A DNA stretch of 64,000 bases from Octopus vulgaris. Lineage: Eukaryota. A model generated the notes under the pieces. It was given only the letters and a program-made list of their open reading frames with translations, was not told the origin of the DNA and ran no database searches. A program made the position numbers and the translations under genes. Where the stretch lies: NCBI GenBank assembly GCA_951406725.2, contig OX597824.1:78864001-78928000 (forward strand), read 5' to 3'. Positions 1 through 12,439 of this stretch are shown here, in pieces (the stretch's first letter is position 1; each line of letters opens with the position of its first letter).

Positions 1-142
1 TGTTTCCGACGAAGAGCTCCGCTCGAAACGTTAAACCCTCCTTCTTCCCTTCTTTCCTGAGCATCCAATAATACTTTATTTGTTCCACGTCCTCGCGTTG
101 TTGTGTTTTTTTTTGTTTTTGTGTTTTCTTGTTTGGATTAAC
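1..142 (+). mobile_element. Penelope-like element terminal fragment with a minimal hammerhead-like motif, abutting (TA)n
   Basis: gttt-CCGACGA-a-gagc tcc gctc-GAAAC-GTT-aaac at 2-36. The downstream cctgagc...aatac...ttgtt resembles the family at 11.9k, 34.2k and 55.6k. Confidence 0.55.
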
Positions 143-934
143 TATATATATATATATATATATATATAATATGTATGTGTGTAAAGTTATAAATGACAAA
201 GAAATAGTTTGATGAAATTTTATTAAACAAGAAGAAAATTCAAAAATCACGACAACTTGTTTCGTAACTTAAAAGCATGTCAATAATTTATATTATTATA
301 TTTAATGATAAATTACTTATATGTTTGCATAAATGCAAAAGATCTTTCAAAATAATGCAGAATAATGCTGTCCTCGTTTTCTCGTGTATCATACTATATA
401 TTGTTTTGTAGAATGATTTAGCAGTTTTTTCTGAGTATTACCAGATTATATTCATATATTGTGACTTATATAATTAAGATGGTTTGGTTGGATTTGAGGG
501 ATATTTGGCTGAACCACCATGTAGCAGTTTCAACAGTGATTAATCAATTCTATCAATGGAGATTATATCTTATCATTCCATTAATGAAATGAAACTGTAA
601 CTGATGGAAGGGTGAACAGCAAATCCAGCTGTAGCAGGATGTGAACTCCAAATGTACAAGGACTTGACTAAATACCACCAGGTATTTCTTTTGACAGTCT
701 ACCAATTTTGGCATCTGCTGCTCTATGGATACAGTTAATTATCATCACCACCACTATCATAATTTATCTTTTTCATGCTGACATGGGTTGGGGGAGTCCT
801 TTTACCACCAGCCACTTTACATCATGAAATGACTGCAGTTTATCTTGCCATTGAAAACTCTCAAAAAAGGGTGTTTATGAAGAGTTTAATTCATTTTAAC
901 AGTAAATTATTTTGATCTGTTTTCAAGTAAATTA

Positions 935-964
935 ATTGTTTTTCTTTCTTTTATTTTGATACAG
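935..964 (+). promoter_or_regulatory. Putative 3' splice acceptor of the SOCS exon
   Basis: ttgtttttctttcttttattttgatacag|G, followed by a frame that stays open into the SOCS ORF. Confidence 0.6.
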
Positions 965-2529
965 GAAGCAGTCCCTCCAGTGAAAGTCAATCCAGTGTGC
1001 AGTCTGGGGCAATGGCCACATTTAATCATGCTGGAAAGAGCAAATCAAGTACTGTCCACCATCGATCGCCCATTCGTCCATTTTTCTGCTGTGGCAGTGA
1101 ACTGTCCCTCGTCAGTATCGTTGAGCTCCACGAGCGACAAACTGCTACACTTTCGTTAACTTCAGGCTCCTCGCAGATAAGTAGTGAACCGATCTTGTTG
1201 AAGCAGCATGCCCTATCTGACTCCCTACAGATTGAACAAACCAAAAAACACACAGATTGCCCCTCTTCGTGCCAACATTGCGGATACAAATCAAATGTCG
1301 GTATGGAAGCTGCTTCAGGCTCATGTTCAGGATCGCCACCAAAGAACAAACACAAGAAACCTTGGTCTATCAAATTTCGAGACAAACAATCTAAGCAGTC
1401 CCGCTACATGGGTTACTCACAACCCTGTGTTGGAACTTCTAGATGCTCAAACTTTTCCAGTTGTGAACACCAGCTGCTACTGGCCACTTGTTCACAACGA
1501 CCATCATCTTCCAACTTCATGTTGACTCCATCTTGCCAAATCTCCACAAACACTGTCTTGCGTTTACCGAAGAGTCGCCATCATCGGAAGCACCATTCAA
1601 AGAAAACTTTATTCAGTCCTGTCGACAAGCAGCACCATCGAATGTCAGCCAGGCAGTTTGCTGGATCTTTAAACAACATTAACAACACTTCGAGTTCAGT
1701 TGGCTGTTCCACTGATAACATCGGCACAACTTGTCATCAACAACAGCAACAGGAGGGTCAACAAACTAGTTCCAGAATTGCTGGAAGCCACGTAGATAGA
1801 AATACATTTTGTGCATGCCGCAATTTTCGGTCTGTTTCCACATTGGCACCTAACGACCAACTCTGCTCGTCGTTCCAGCAGAGCTGTTCTCTGCAGGCTA
1901 ATCCCGGAAGCCACAGCCAGTTCTCTCTAGATTATTTCAACGACGACGACTTCAACGATGCACCCATTCAGGATTACCCACCACACGAAGCTACCAACAG
2001 CGACAGCTACCAGCGTGTTCACAGTCGTGTCGAGTACACCCACTGTCTAGTGCCTGACCTGCAGCAGATTGCCAACTGCAGTTTTTACTGGGGGGTTATG
2101 GATCGGTACGAAGCAGAGAACCTGCTTGACAACAAAGCCGAGGGAACATTTCTGTTGCGAGACAGTGCACAGGAGGATTTTCTTTTCTCCGTCAGTTTTC
2201 GGCGTTATGGAAGGTCTCTTCACGCACGCATTGAGCAGTGCAACCACAAGTTTAGTTTCGATTGCCATGACCCGGGCGTCTTTGCAGCTGGTACCGTCTG
2301 CCGCCTGATAGAACATTACAAAGACCCCAGCTGTTGCATGTTCTTCGAACCAATGCTTACTCGACCCCTCACCAGAACTTATCCATTCTCCTTGCAGCAT
2401 CTGTGCAGAGCTGCCATCTGTAGCTTTATCACTTACGACAAAGTGTCGGAGCTTCCCCTCCCACTAGCCTTAAAAGACTTCCTCAAGTATTATCATTACA
2501 AAATGAAGGTTACTGAAAAGCATTTCTAA
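965..2529 (+). CDS. SOCS5: Suppressor of cytokine signalling 4/5-like (Socs36E-type) protein, large terminal coding exon with a long Ser/Cys/Gln-rich N-terminal region, SH2 domain and SOCS box
   Basis: ORF 997..2529 contains [15 protein letters not shown] (extended SH2 subdomain), [52 protein letters not shown]...[15 protein letters not shown] (SOCS4/5-type SH2) and [13 protein letters not shown]...[17 protein letters not shown] (SOCS box). A polypyrimidine tract ending tacag (961-964) suggests an exon start at 965, with an in-frame stop at 928-930 upstream. The first in-frame ATG is at 1012. Confidence 0.93.
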
Positions 2530-2609
2530 TAGATCAGACATTTTAAACAGTCACAATTTCCCCCCACCCCTTTTTTTTTATTTTTTTTACCATTATCATC
2601 GTCACCATC

Positions 2610-2815
2610 ATCATCATCATCATTTAACATCTGTTTTCCATGCTGGATGGGTTGGATGGTTTGACTGAAAGCTGGGGAGCTGCACCAGGTTCCAATCTGA
2701 TTAGAAATCTCGCCAAATCAGATTGGAACCTAGTCCAGCTCTCCAGCTTACCAATTTTCAGTAAAACAGTCCAACTCATCACAGAATGGAAAATGGACGT
2801 TAAATGCTGATGATG
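2610..2815. repeat. Inverted pair of RTE/SINE 3'-tail fragments forming a fold-back in the SOCS 3' region
   Basis: aagctggggagctgcaccaggttccaatctgatt (2669-2702) pairs with aatcagattggaacctagtccagctctccagctt (2716-2749). The outer arms catttaacatctgttttcca and tggaaaatggacgttaaatg are also complementary. Confidence 0.75.
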
Positions 2816-3531
2816 AAGCAGAATTTAAGAGAAAAAAATGAAAACAATATAATAAAACTGTTGACAAGAATAATAACAATGGTGGCAATGATGATGATGA
2901 TGATTATTGTCATCATCACCATCATTATAATGTTGGTTGGCATGTGTTCTTGCTCTCTTTCAGGTTTAAAAATAAATATATATTTTAAGGACACATGTAA
3001 CATTGTTCATAATAATGATAACAACAACAACAAAGGTCAGGGTGGGCAAGGGTGGGTGTTCCCATTTTCTTTTCTCCATTTATTCATTCTGTCAAATTTT
3101 CATAGATGATGATGCAACAGAATTGGTTTGAACTAACTTACTTGGCATATTGTTAAGTGATTTCAACTATCTCTCTCTTTTAATTCTTAAATCTCTTTTT
3201 ACTTTTGTTAGCCATGACTACACACACACACACACACACACACGCACGCACTTTTTAGGCCACAAATATACCCCCTTCCCCCCATTTGTTTATTTTACTT
3301 AACCCACTTCTTTGATCTATTAATATCAGATAAATATTTTATAAGCCTAAGATGAGAAGTAACTCTCAATAAGAACTCACTTGAGCTGTGAAACCCATCC
3401 CTTTGCCAGCAAAGAAAGCGGATGTAAAAAGATGATGGGTTTTTGTAGTCTCTCTTTCCTGTCTTCTTAGCTCTCACACATACACTAACCTCTATATTGA
3501 GCTGCAAACACAAGTTAGAAAAATATGTTCA

Positions 3532-3743
3532 TTAACCTTTTAGCAGTCAGTTTTTTTCTGTTAAATGTAAAGATTGTTCACATTGTTTTATCTCATAGCT
3601 TCAACATTTCAGTGATGTCATTTGTATATTTTTACAGCAACATTCATTATAGGGAAGGTGTTAGCATCCAGATATGGCTAGTCTAAGTATAAAACGGAAT
3701 ATTTAGGCCGGATATGGTTGGCTGTTAAATGCTAAAAAGTTAA
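3532..3743. mobile_element. piggyBac-type MITE
   Basis: TTAA at both ends with imperfect TIRs ccttttagca / tgctaaaaag. A related copy lies at ~58260-58466. Confidence 0.5.
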
Positions 3744-4464
3744 ACCATCCATGGGGAATGTATGGCAGAATTGGTAGAGCATCAGATGAAATATCTTGTG
3801 AGATAAGTACAGGATGCTAATATAATCAGCTGTACTCTAGATGGCAATGCTCTAGCATGGCCACTGCCAATAACAAACCACCACACCAGAAAAGAATAAG
3901 ACACACGATTGTAAAATGGATTAGGTAGTGTTTCATTGAGTTTTTGGACATCCCATTAAAGTTATTAATATTATGATCCAAATATGGTCCTTTTCCATGC
4001 CGAAGTGCTACTAGGTGAAATTTGTTGATTTTACTAAATTAATTATATTTCACCCTTGAAATTTTGAAATTTTTAAAATTTATATTTTTCACCGGAATAG
4101 TTCAATACTGAATTTTTGTTCTGAGTAGGCAAGTTGTTACCGAAATGCATTGCGAAAAAGCCCCACCATTTTCATAGATATGTAAAGATAAACATTCGTA
4201 CATGCTGCGGCGAATTCTACGGTTGGTTGTCGGGTATGTGATGTTGTGTTTTTTCTTACATGTCTTGAGTTCGTTGCACTGAAGAGCATAGAATGCATAT
4301 TCTGCATTGATTGCGAAATCACAGGTGATATGTAACTAAATTCTGTTTTTAAATGACTCGCTTTGAAGTTTTGCATTCGGTACAATTTGTTTATTTAAGT
4401 AGTTTTGACTGCAAAAGTCCCTCCTAGCGTGCGGTAACTATGAATAATAGTACCCTTCTATATA

Positions 4465-4518
<54 letters not shown>

Positions 4519-4740
4519 CTCTGCACTGTAGGTCAGCTATAGGTGGGCCATTGAGATGTTCTGTACGAGCTTTGGACCTTTTCAAATTTAAAGTATTTGG
4601 TGACCATTGAGTAATTGATGTCTTTTGTGTCACATTTTGTTTAATTTTTACTTACATAAGCATTTTCATTGGTAGAAAATAGAGGAATAGATGGGGAATA
4701 TTTTGATCTGTAAGATATATGTGGACCATGGATAGAAATA

Positions 4741-4883
4741 CAGTCATGACCAAAAGTATAGAACATTTTTTTTTAAATTAAAGTTGTTATGCCCAAGCAC
4801 AATTCAATTCAAATATATCTTTGGACATTGAATATAAAAATTCTAATTTTCAGGCCTATGTTCCAAACTTTTGGCCATGACTG
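4741..4883. mobile_element. Tc1-type MITE
   Basis: TIRs cagtcatgaccaaaagtatagaaca / tgttccaaacttttggccatgactg, preceded by TA. Confidence 0.6.
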
Positions 4884-7289
4884 CAAAATAGACCAAAAGT
4901 AGACCATTACCAAATAAGTTTCTGATCCTTGGCTCTACATACTGCCTACCTAAAGCTTTGTATTGAGCATTAACATTTTGGAACCACAAGATAGTGAAGG
5001 TGTGTGCCTTGTTAAGGCATTCAGGCCATGGGTTCACATTGCTCCTCTCTAGTTCAGCTGCACTGAGTACCAACCAGGTGCTGGTGCAGCCCTCTCTCTC
5101 TGTTGAGATAGCTGAGATTTGATTTAATGAGCAGCCAAAGCAATTAGCAAAAACATAGTATATGTTATCAAGCCATACTTTCTTACAAGTGATGACTAAG
5201 TGGGGTTTTTTTATCTCTACAAAATAAAAATATATATATATGATATAATTACAAGAAAGCAGCTGAAGATTCATTTGGTTACCTGTGCTTACTATTATTC
5301 TAATTAAGGTGTTTTGGATGACATCATTCTGAAAAAAAAAAATGCATGTGGTGTAAAATTCTGAGTAATGGTAGTGAAAATTCTGGGTTTTTTTTAATAA
5401 GTATATAAACACTACTACATGTATTGAATATTATTTTATAAACCAAAATTATGTGTATACTATCATCATCTTCATCTATGCAAACATAAGAAAACAGACA
5501 AAAAACAAAGGCGGGGATTTCTCTCCAGCACAGTCAGTCGCAATATGTTGCAGTCCTTTGTCATTTTTGTCTTCAGATCAGCCTTTACCATTCCTTCCCA
5601 TGTCTTGCTTAGTCTGCTTCTTCTGTGGGATCCTATCACTTGGTCCATTCTGCTATTTACACTGGTGTCTACAAGTCATCAGAGGACCTTCTATGCAGTC
5701 ACTTAGTCTGCTAGTAATAGCAACCAAATCACACCCACAGTATCTGAAATGAAAGTAAACACATTGGCCAGTGTGGTTCCTAATATATTTACAAAATGAT
5801 GATATGGTCAAAGACCGTATCAACTCATGCCTGATTCAGGTCTGAAATCGCAACTGGCCAAGTTGACAAAGTTTCGGGTTGAACAGACAGCTGGGCATTG
5901 TGACCCATAGCCTTGACCAGTGGTCAGAGAGAAAGAAGACATTCATTGTTATTTCTAATCTCTCCTGAGGAAACGGTCTCCATGAGGGTGGAATGTCAGG
6001 CTGATGACCAATCAATCTATTCAAGAAAATTCTCTTTCCGTTTTTCTCCTTTCTCATTTTGTCCTGCCAACTCCTTCCTCATTCTTCACCTGGCAAGTAG
6101 CAATGTTACATTTTTTTTTTTTTTTTTGTGTCTTCAAATTGATGATAATTGTTCCTCTAAAAGAAAACAGTATGGGGGGGGGGATAAAAGAAAGAAAAGC
6201 AATTCCTTCACATGCCATGAGGGTTTCAGTTTTTAGAGTGAGTTAATTTATATCTTATTGTACATATATTCGTGTCCTTGAGCAAGGCATTTCATTCCCC
6301 ATTCCCCATTGCTCCAGTCCGCTCAACTGAAAATGAGTTCCAGCACTAATGTGGTTGTAGCCACCTTTCCATCCAACTGTCAGACTCCTGGCATTTTAGA
6401 GGGTCAAGATTAGGGGTGCTAAGAACATGTCTATCTCGCCCCCTAAAATAGTTAGTGAAAGCATGGTATTTGCTGAGTCATATTCACTTGTGAGTAGGTC
6501 AAGGTGTGTTTTTTTTTTTAATTTTTTACTTGTGTTTCAAGGTGATGGAGTGGTAGAAATTAAAAAAGTAAACTTAAATATTAAAAAATTTTTTTCTTTC
6601 TACCTAGCTAGCTATTTCTATTTCTCTCCTTTTTGCGTTCACATCTTCATCAGGGTTGACTGTACTATCATACCTCCATTATTAATGAAGCGAGTGCTAA
6701 TCAATTATACACAAAGGTTGAATGTATACTGGAGGGAAAGTCAAAAGCAGTGGACTAGCTACCAGTCCAGGGGCAGTTTTGTTTCATTCACCACTTCAAA
6801 AAGTAAGCACTAACTTCTGTGGGATTTTTTTTTGTAATAAACGCACATGGACTTATCTCCACACACACAAATATATAATATACATACATACATGTTTACA
6901 AAATTTGTGTGTGTATGTTATTGAGTGTTTCATCAACACGATGAAATAATTATCAAGTATGTAAAAAAAAAGTAAATATATATACTTATATAAATTACCA
7001 GGGTGTAAAAAAAAATTGAAAATTCCACTAAAAAGGTAATATAATGGTGACAAAAGCAACAATTTCTTTAAGAATTGGAAACTTATCTTATTGGAAGCAA
7101 TTTGTAATATGACAAAGAGAAATAATTTATTGTTTGTTACACTATAATTTTTGTTGTGTTGACTTTATTTATTGTCTTTTGTCTTGTTATTTATATTTGT
7201 ATATTTTATACATATAAATATCAACATATATATATAATATATATTTAAAATTTAGATTCAGATGATTATGGTACTTAAGTTAAAGGCAC

Positions 7290-7647
7290 CAGAATTTAGT
7301 ATGGTATTACCCATATAATTCAAAATGGGGTAATTATAATCAAAATAAGCAACAAGGATATCCAGAGGTAATGCAGTACGATCGTTTCATGCAACTCCAT
7401 TTAATTGAACAATGCAAACATTACATCAATTTAAAATGTAGAGCAATCTTCAGTTGCATAGAAATATAGAATTTAGTTAAATTCGAAGGATTCGTTTGTA
7501 TAATTTTCTTTTTATCCAAAATCACCAAGAGGATAAGTAGATAGACAAAGAACATGTTCTTTGTCTATCTACTTATCCTCTTGGTGATTTTGGATAAAAA
7601 GAAAATTATACAAACGAATCCTTCGAATTTAACTAAATTCTATATTT
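7290..7647 (-). mobile_element. Penelope-like terminus with a hammerhead-like motif and a 186-bp perfect palindrome
   Basis: Minus strand 7371-7459 reads atgcaa-CTGAAGA-long hairpin-GAAACGATCGTA-ctgcat. 7462-7554 is the exact reverse complement of 7555-7647. Confidence 0.6.
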
Positions 7648-8172
7648 TGGTATATTTTAGTATATACAACTGGATGTCCTTCCTAACTCATGCTCATGCT
7701 GTTTCTGGCAAATCTTCCCAACACCTCCTCCCCCACCTGTGTTCACCTCTCGCTGTATTCTCCTCTCCACTTTCCACTCTGCCTCACGAACCTACCTGCA
7801 CACAATGCACCCCTGTCGAATCACTTCCCCTCAGTATATCCTCCTAACTCTTCTCTTCCCTCTAATTGCGTACTTCTCCTTTCTCTCCTTTTGCAACCTC
7901 GTGAACCCCACCAACACCTTATCCAGTCCCTAGTCTACTTCACTATATACTGCCGCCTTGTAACTTGGATGTATATCCTGTCACATTTCCACCATTCTGT
8001 CTCTCTCCCCTATCCAACATGTCTCTCTTTTACTGCAAGACACCTATTTTTCTCCTTCAGTTTATACTCTGACACAAAACTACTTTCCTCAGTTCCTCCC
8101 ACCTGAGTTGAGGTCTTGCAAGACCCCTCAACTTGGTAGCATCACTGCTGCTGGTGCTACATAAAAAGTATC

Positions 8173-8557
8173 CTCTGTGTGAAAAGTCTGGCTCCATACA
8201 CGTTAGCATATGTCAGGTGCATACAATTGACAACACAGTTAATTAAGATTTAATCAGTGAGTTCTATTCAACACATCTTTACACGTGGAATCCATTAGAT
8301 GAAGGCATTTTCAAAGTTTTGGCCGATAAAGTTGAACTCAAAAACCCTACAACGAGGCATGAATTGCACGAAGCCATTTTGCAGTCTTGGGAAGAGCTAT
8401 CTGAGCGGAAAATTCGTGGATGTATTCAACATCAAACTCATGTTCGGCGTCAAATAGTTGACTGTCGTGGTGGTAACAGATTCGTGTTATAAATTTTGTG
8501 TTTATTTTTGTTTCATAATATATATTTTTCGGATGCAGCCAGACTTTTCACACAGTA
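8173..8557 (+). mobile_element. Non-autonomous Tc1-like element retaining the transposase C-terminus
   Basis: TIRs ctgtgtgaaaagtctggctccat / atgcagccagacttttcacacag(ta). The interior encodes ELHEAILQSWEELSERKIRGCI...DCRGG, like Tc1 C-termini. Confidence 0.65.
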
Positions 8558-9699
8558 CACTTTGTTTAGTGATTTGATGTTAGGAAGGACATACAGTTGT
8601 AGAAACCATGCCAAAGCAGACAGGGTTTGGCACATTCTCCTCACCAGCTCCTGTCAAACCATCCAACTCATGCCAGCGTAGAAGGAGGACGTTAAATGGT
8701 GATGATGAAGCCAAATTTTGACAGTCTTTTCGCTCAAAAGTTTTTTAAATTGCTTATGGTACATCGGCAGTAAAGTGGAAGTCACATCCTTTCTATATAT
8801 TTTCTTGCCCGGTATATATAACCCACACTCATGTGTCTTACATTATTTATTGACTGTGTTACTTTTTAAGAAACTAGTTTTTAGTTGCACAAACGAAAAA
8901 GATCTTCTTAGAAAAATGAAAAGATTGTTAACAGGCTTTCATCCGCCTGTCAACTATTTGCAATGAGTGGATGACAACAAAATCATAGTGGTGGTGTGCC
9001 ACCCTATTGTCCGATCGCAGTAGCACCAAGTACGAGTTTTACATTTTGTTGACCAAAATTTAAACGACTATACAGCTGAACTGAAAGAAGATGAAATTGA
9101 AAAACGGTACTCCCATTTCGTACTTTATGGTTTCATATTTTATTCCACAATAATGTCTCAATATTGTATTTGCTCGCACAAAATATTTTTCAATCAAATA
9201 ACCCTGCAAAATGGAGTGCGTCGTATATGCTGGAAAATTCGGTAACTACTCAGTTTTTCAAATGTGAAATATTAGACATAATTTCCATTTTAAGAAAGCA
9301 AAGCAACTCTTGGGCATCAGTTCTGCACTTAGTGGTTGGTCTAGTCATAAAGTTAACACTATATAATGCCTCTCTTTTCAAATATAATTTCCAACACACA
9401 CAATCCTAGAATTTTATAATTCTTCATGCATGCCAGTTACTGCTATATCAACAAACCCTTTGTCGGTATGCCTACCTTCCTACCATCCTCTATCAGTCTC
9501 GGTAAGTAGTGGCCCATTCGTCATTAGTCTTTGACAAAAAAAAAAAACTCCTGTGACTAAGCAAGTCCCTCCTATCATGGTATCTCTTGTCCCCAGCTGC
9601 CTCCGTCACACCATAAGCTCTCTGCCTGTCCAGTTTAGCAACTATTGTGGATTTCCTTAGCAACTTAATGATATGAAGTAGAGATTCGAGATTTTATCA

Positions 9700-10010
9700 A
9701 ACAGTCGTAACCTATTTTTATGGTTAAGCATTCTGGACCCCATTAAATACGAGAATCAATTCTTTCTAATATTGAACCCAAATATGTAGTCAGTTTAATC
9801 AATCCTGAAACGAAAGTGACCCATTGAAGTAGACAGTAATTCTGAAAGAAAACTGATGCTGAGTAGAGGACACGCTTAAGACTTGCCACAGATGACTCCT
9901 CTTTCGTGCCAGTCGCCCGAGAAAATACACGTATGCACTTGAAACAACAGAGATCAAAATAATAGTGTCTACATTGTTTACAACACCTTGTACACACAAG
10001 ACGTGGAAAG
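9700..10010 (-). pseudogene. Degraded ZMYM1-like hAT transposase fragment
   Basis: Frameshifted pieces (VCVQGVVNNVDTIILISVVSSAYVYF; LGSILERID) resemble the region after CxxHxLNL in hAT transposases. Similarity is weak. Confidence 0.3.
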
Positions 10011-10695
10011 GTACTTACTGCAGGATTTTGTCTCTAACGAAAAGATGTTTTCTCAGATTAAACCTGGGCCCTGCCTGGTCAAAATATACTGAATGGCAGA
10101 CAACTCAGGACTTCACCCTAAATAAGGCGTGTGTGTTACTTTTTTTTTTTTTTTGCTGCTTTCTTTGACGGTAAGTTGTTTGACTACTAACCGTGTGGTT
10201 CAAACAGTACACTAGAAACCCAGGAAACATGTTCAGATCTGACAACTGTATCACTGATGCAAGAGTAAAACGCATGCCTTCATAGTTAACTTAACCCTTT
10301 ATCTTTCAGGGTTTCATGAAATAAGGTACCAGCGTTGATTACATTCACAAAATATTCGTGCCTTTGCTAAAAATATGCGACAAACTTGACCTGTTGCCCA
10401 GTTCCCCCATTAAATTATCCATGTTTTGCATGCAATCAAAGCAGGTCTGGTGGTAATCTCATATCATCAATTGTGCTGTTGTATACTGCAGTGACCCATA
10501 AGTTTTAGGCTCTTCCCACTTTCCCCACCTTTGAGTCTCACAGACTCTGCTAAGGACCATAGACAGGTGGAACGGTATCAGCTAGGTCCGTGAAAGAAGA
10601 AGTTGTGAATGTTCTACAAAACCAGTAAAGTTCTCACAAACTAGTGACGGCCTTTTTAGTTCACAAGACTGCGCAAATTCATGTACTGTGAGCGG

Positions 10696-11240
10696 CAGAG
10701 CTGTCGCTAAGCCCCTGCGGTTAAGGGGCCCCATGTTAAGATATAAGTACATAGATGAGTCATCTATTTACTTTGACTAAGGTGTTGAACAAGAATTAAA
10801 CTAATCTACGTTAACTGAAAATTTCAAGAAATAAAATGGTGATACATTGTACCTGCAAAAGGTCTTGTAAAAATATTACATTGTATCATGAATGTGTACC
10901 AGACTTTGTGGATTGCCTATGATATCTACTGAACACAAACTTAGCTCTCAGTTTGATTATTCTGAACTGATCGACGATTTCGCGAAGCGAAAAGTGCGGC
11001 ATGTTTGTCTTTGAAAGTTGTCTGGTTTATAAAAGTGCTCTTCTATTCACATTTGGAAGTTTTATCTATTGAAATTTGTAATGGACTTAAATAAATTTAA
11101 CTTGTACTTTTAATGTTCTTTGGGATTACGTGAAATATTGAAATTCAGATAGAATAAAGTAAAATGCAGCAATGAATAAAAGGTGCGTAGATTATGAATC
11201 TTGATTGAAGGGATAGGGCCTCTAAAAGCCACGCGACTGA
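10696..11240 (+). mobile_element. Non-autonomous hAT relic with a ZMYM1-like transposase C-terminus
   Basis: 10910-11014 translates GLPMISTEHKLSSQFDYSELIDDFAKRKVRHVCL*, matching the hAT end pattern L..IE......D....I..FA..K.R. A subterminal gggcccc motif is present. Confidence 0.5.
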
Positions 11241-11544
11241 ACTGATGAGAGGAAAAGCATTCTTATATTTGAGCAGTGTTATATATTATACACGCATGCG
11301 CACACACATAAGCACATATATTCAGAAAGATAAACACACACACATATATATTTAGACCGAACATAGAAAATACAGATCTCCATATCAGCTCGCCTTGGAT
11401 TTCTCTTATAGCCAATGGTGACGCCGTGGACCTAGTCCTGGAGGAAGAATTTGGAGTTTAAGTTCAAATTGTTTGGAGGACTACTACGTGTATTCTATAC
11501 AGAACATAGCTAGCTCTCACTATTGCCTATATATATATATACAT

Positions 11545-11739
11545 AATGAGAATTTACAACAAAAAAAAAAGACGAAGACGGGTGTATAAACAAACGTATT
11601 AGTTTAACGCTCAGGAATTGAAAAAAATCTTTTACGTTTCGAGCCTTCCACAAAAGGAACACGGAGAGAAAAACATATATATATAAATCCTTAAAATCCT
11701 TAAAAAATGTTTTAGGCCGCGGCCATGCTGGGGCACCAC

Positions 11740-11779
<40 letters not shown>

Positions 11780-12035
11780 CGGGAAGCTTTATGAAAATAG
11801 ACAAAAGACGAAGGCAGGTGGAAAACAAACAAACAATTGTATTAGTATGGCGCTCAGGAAATATAAATAAAACATAGTGAGAATTAACAAAAGACGGGTG
11901 TGTAAACAAACAGATGTATTAGTTTAACGCTCAGAAAGTGAGAAAGTCTCTTATGTTTCGAGCCTACGCTGTTCGACAGAAATAAACAGGGAGAGAAAAC
12001 AAAGGGTTTGATGGCTAGCGAGCTATCATGGCGAA
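11545..12035 (-). mobile_element. Cluster of Penelope-like terminal repeats interleaved with (TA)n
   Basis: Three partial copies of aaaagacgaagac...gtattagt.taacgctcag.aa...ttacgtttcgagcc, with a hammerhead-like core at 11948-11983. Confidence 0.55.
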
Positions 12036-12439
12036 TATATATATATATATATATATATCAGAGAGGAGTCAGTATGTTCAAAGAATTAGAATTCCCATCT
12101 TCGCAATCTTAATTTTGGTTGAAATTTGGCTACTGGTTTCCTCGGACTGTTGTAGTTTATGCTTTCCTACTAATAATAAACTCTTGGCACAAGGTCAGCA
12201 GTTTTGGAGGGAGAGGAACTCGATTGCACTAACCCCAGTGCTCGACCAGTACTTATTACATCAATGCTGAAAGGATGAAAAGCGGAATTAATAACAATAA
12301 TAATAATAATCCTTTCTACTATAGGCACAAGGTCTGACATTTTTCGGGAGGGTATTACATTGACGCCAGTGCTCATCTGGTACCTCATCGACCCCGAAAG
12401 GATGAAAGGCAAAGTCAACCGCGGCGGAAATAATAATAG

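Noticed and set aside
4133-4440. Possible MITE bounded by gttaccg / cggtaac
   Set aside because: Only a 7-bp inverted match and no clear TSD
4843-5412. 189-aa minus-strand ORF
   Set aside because: No recognisable domain, non-ATG start, and it overlaps a Tc1 MITE end and AT-rich DNA
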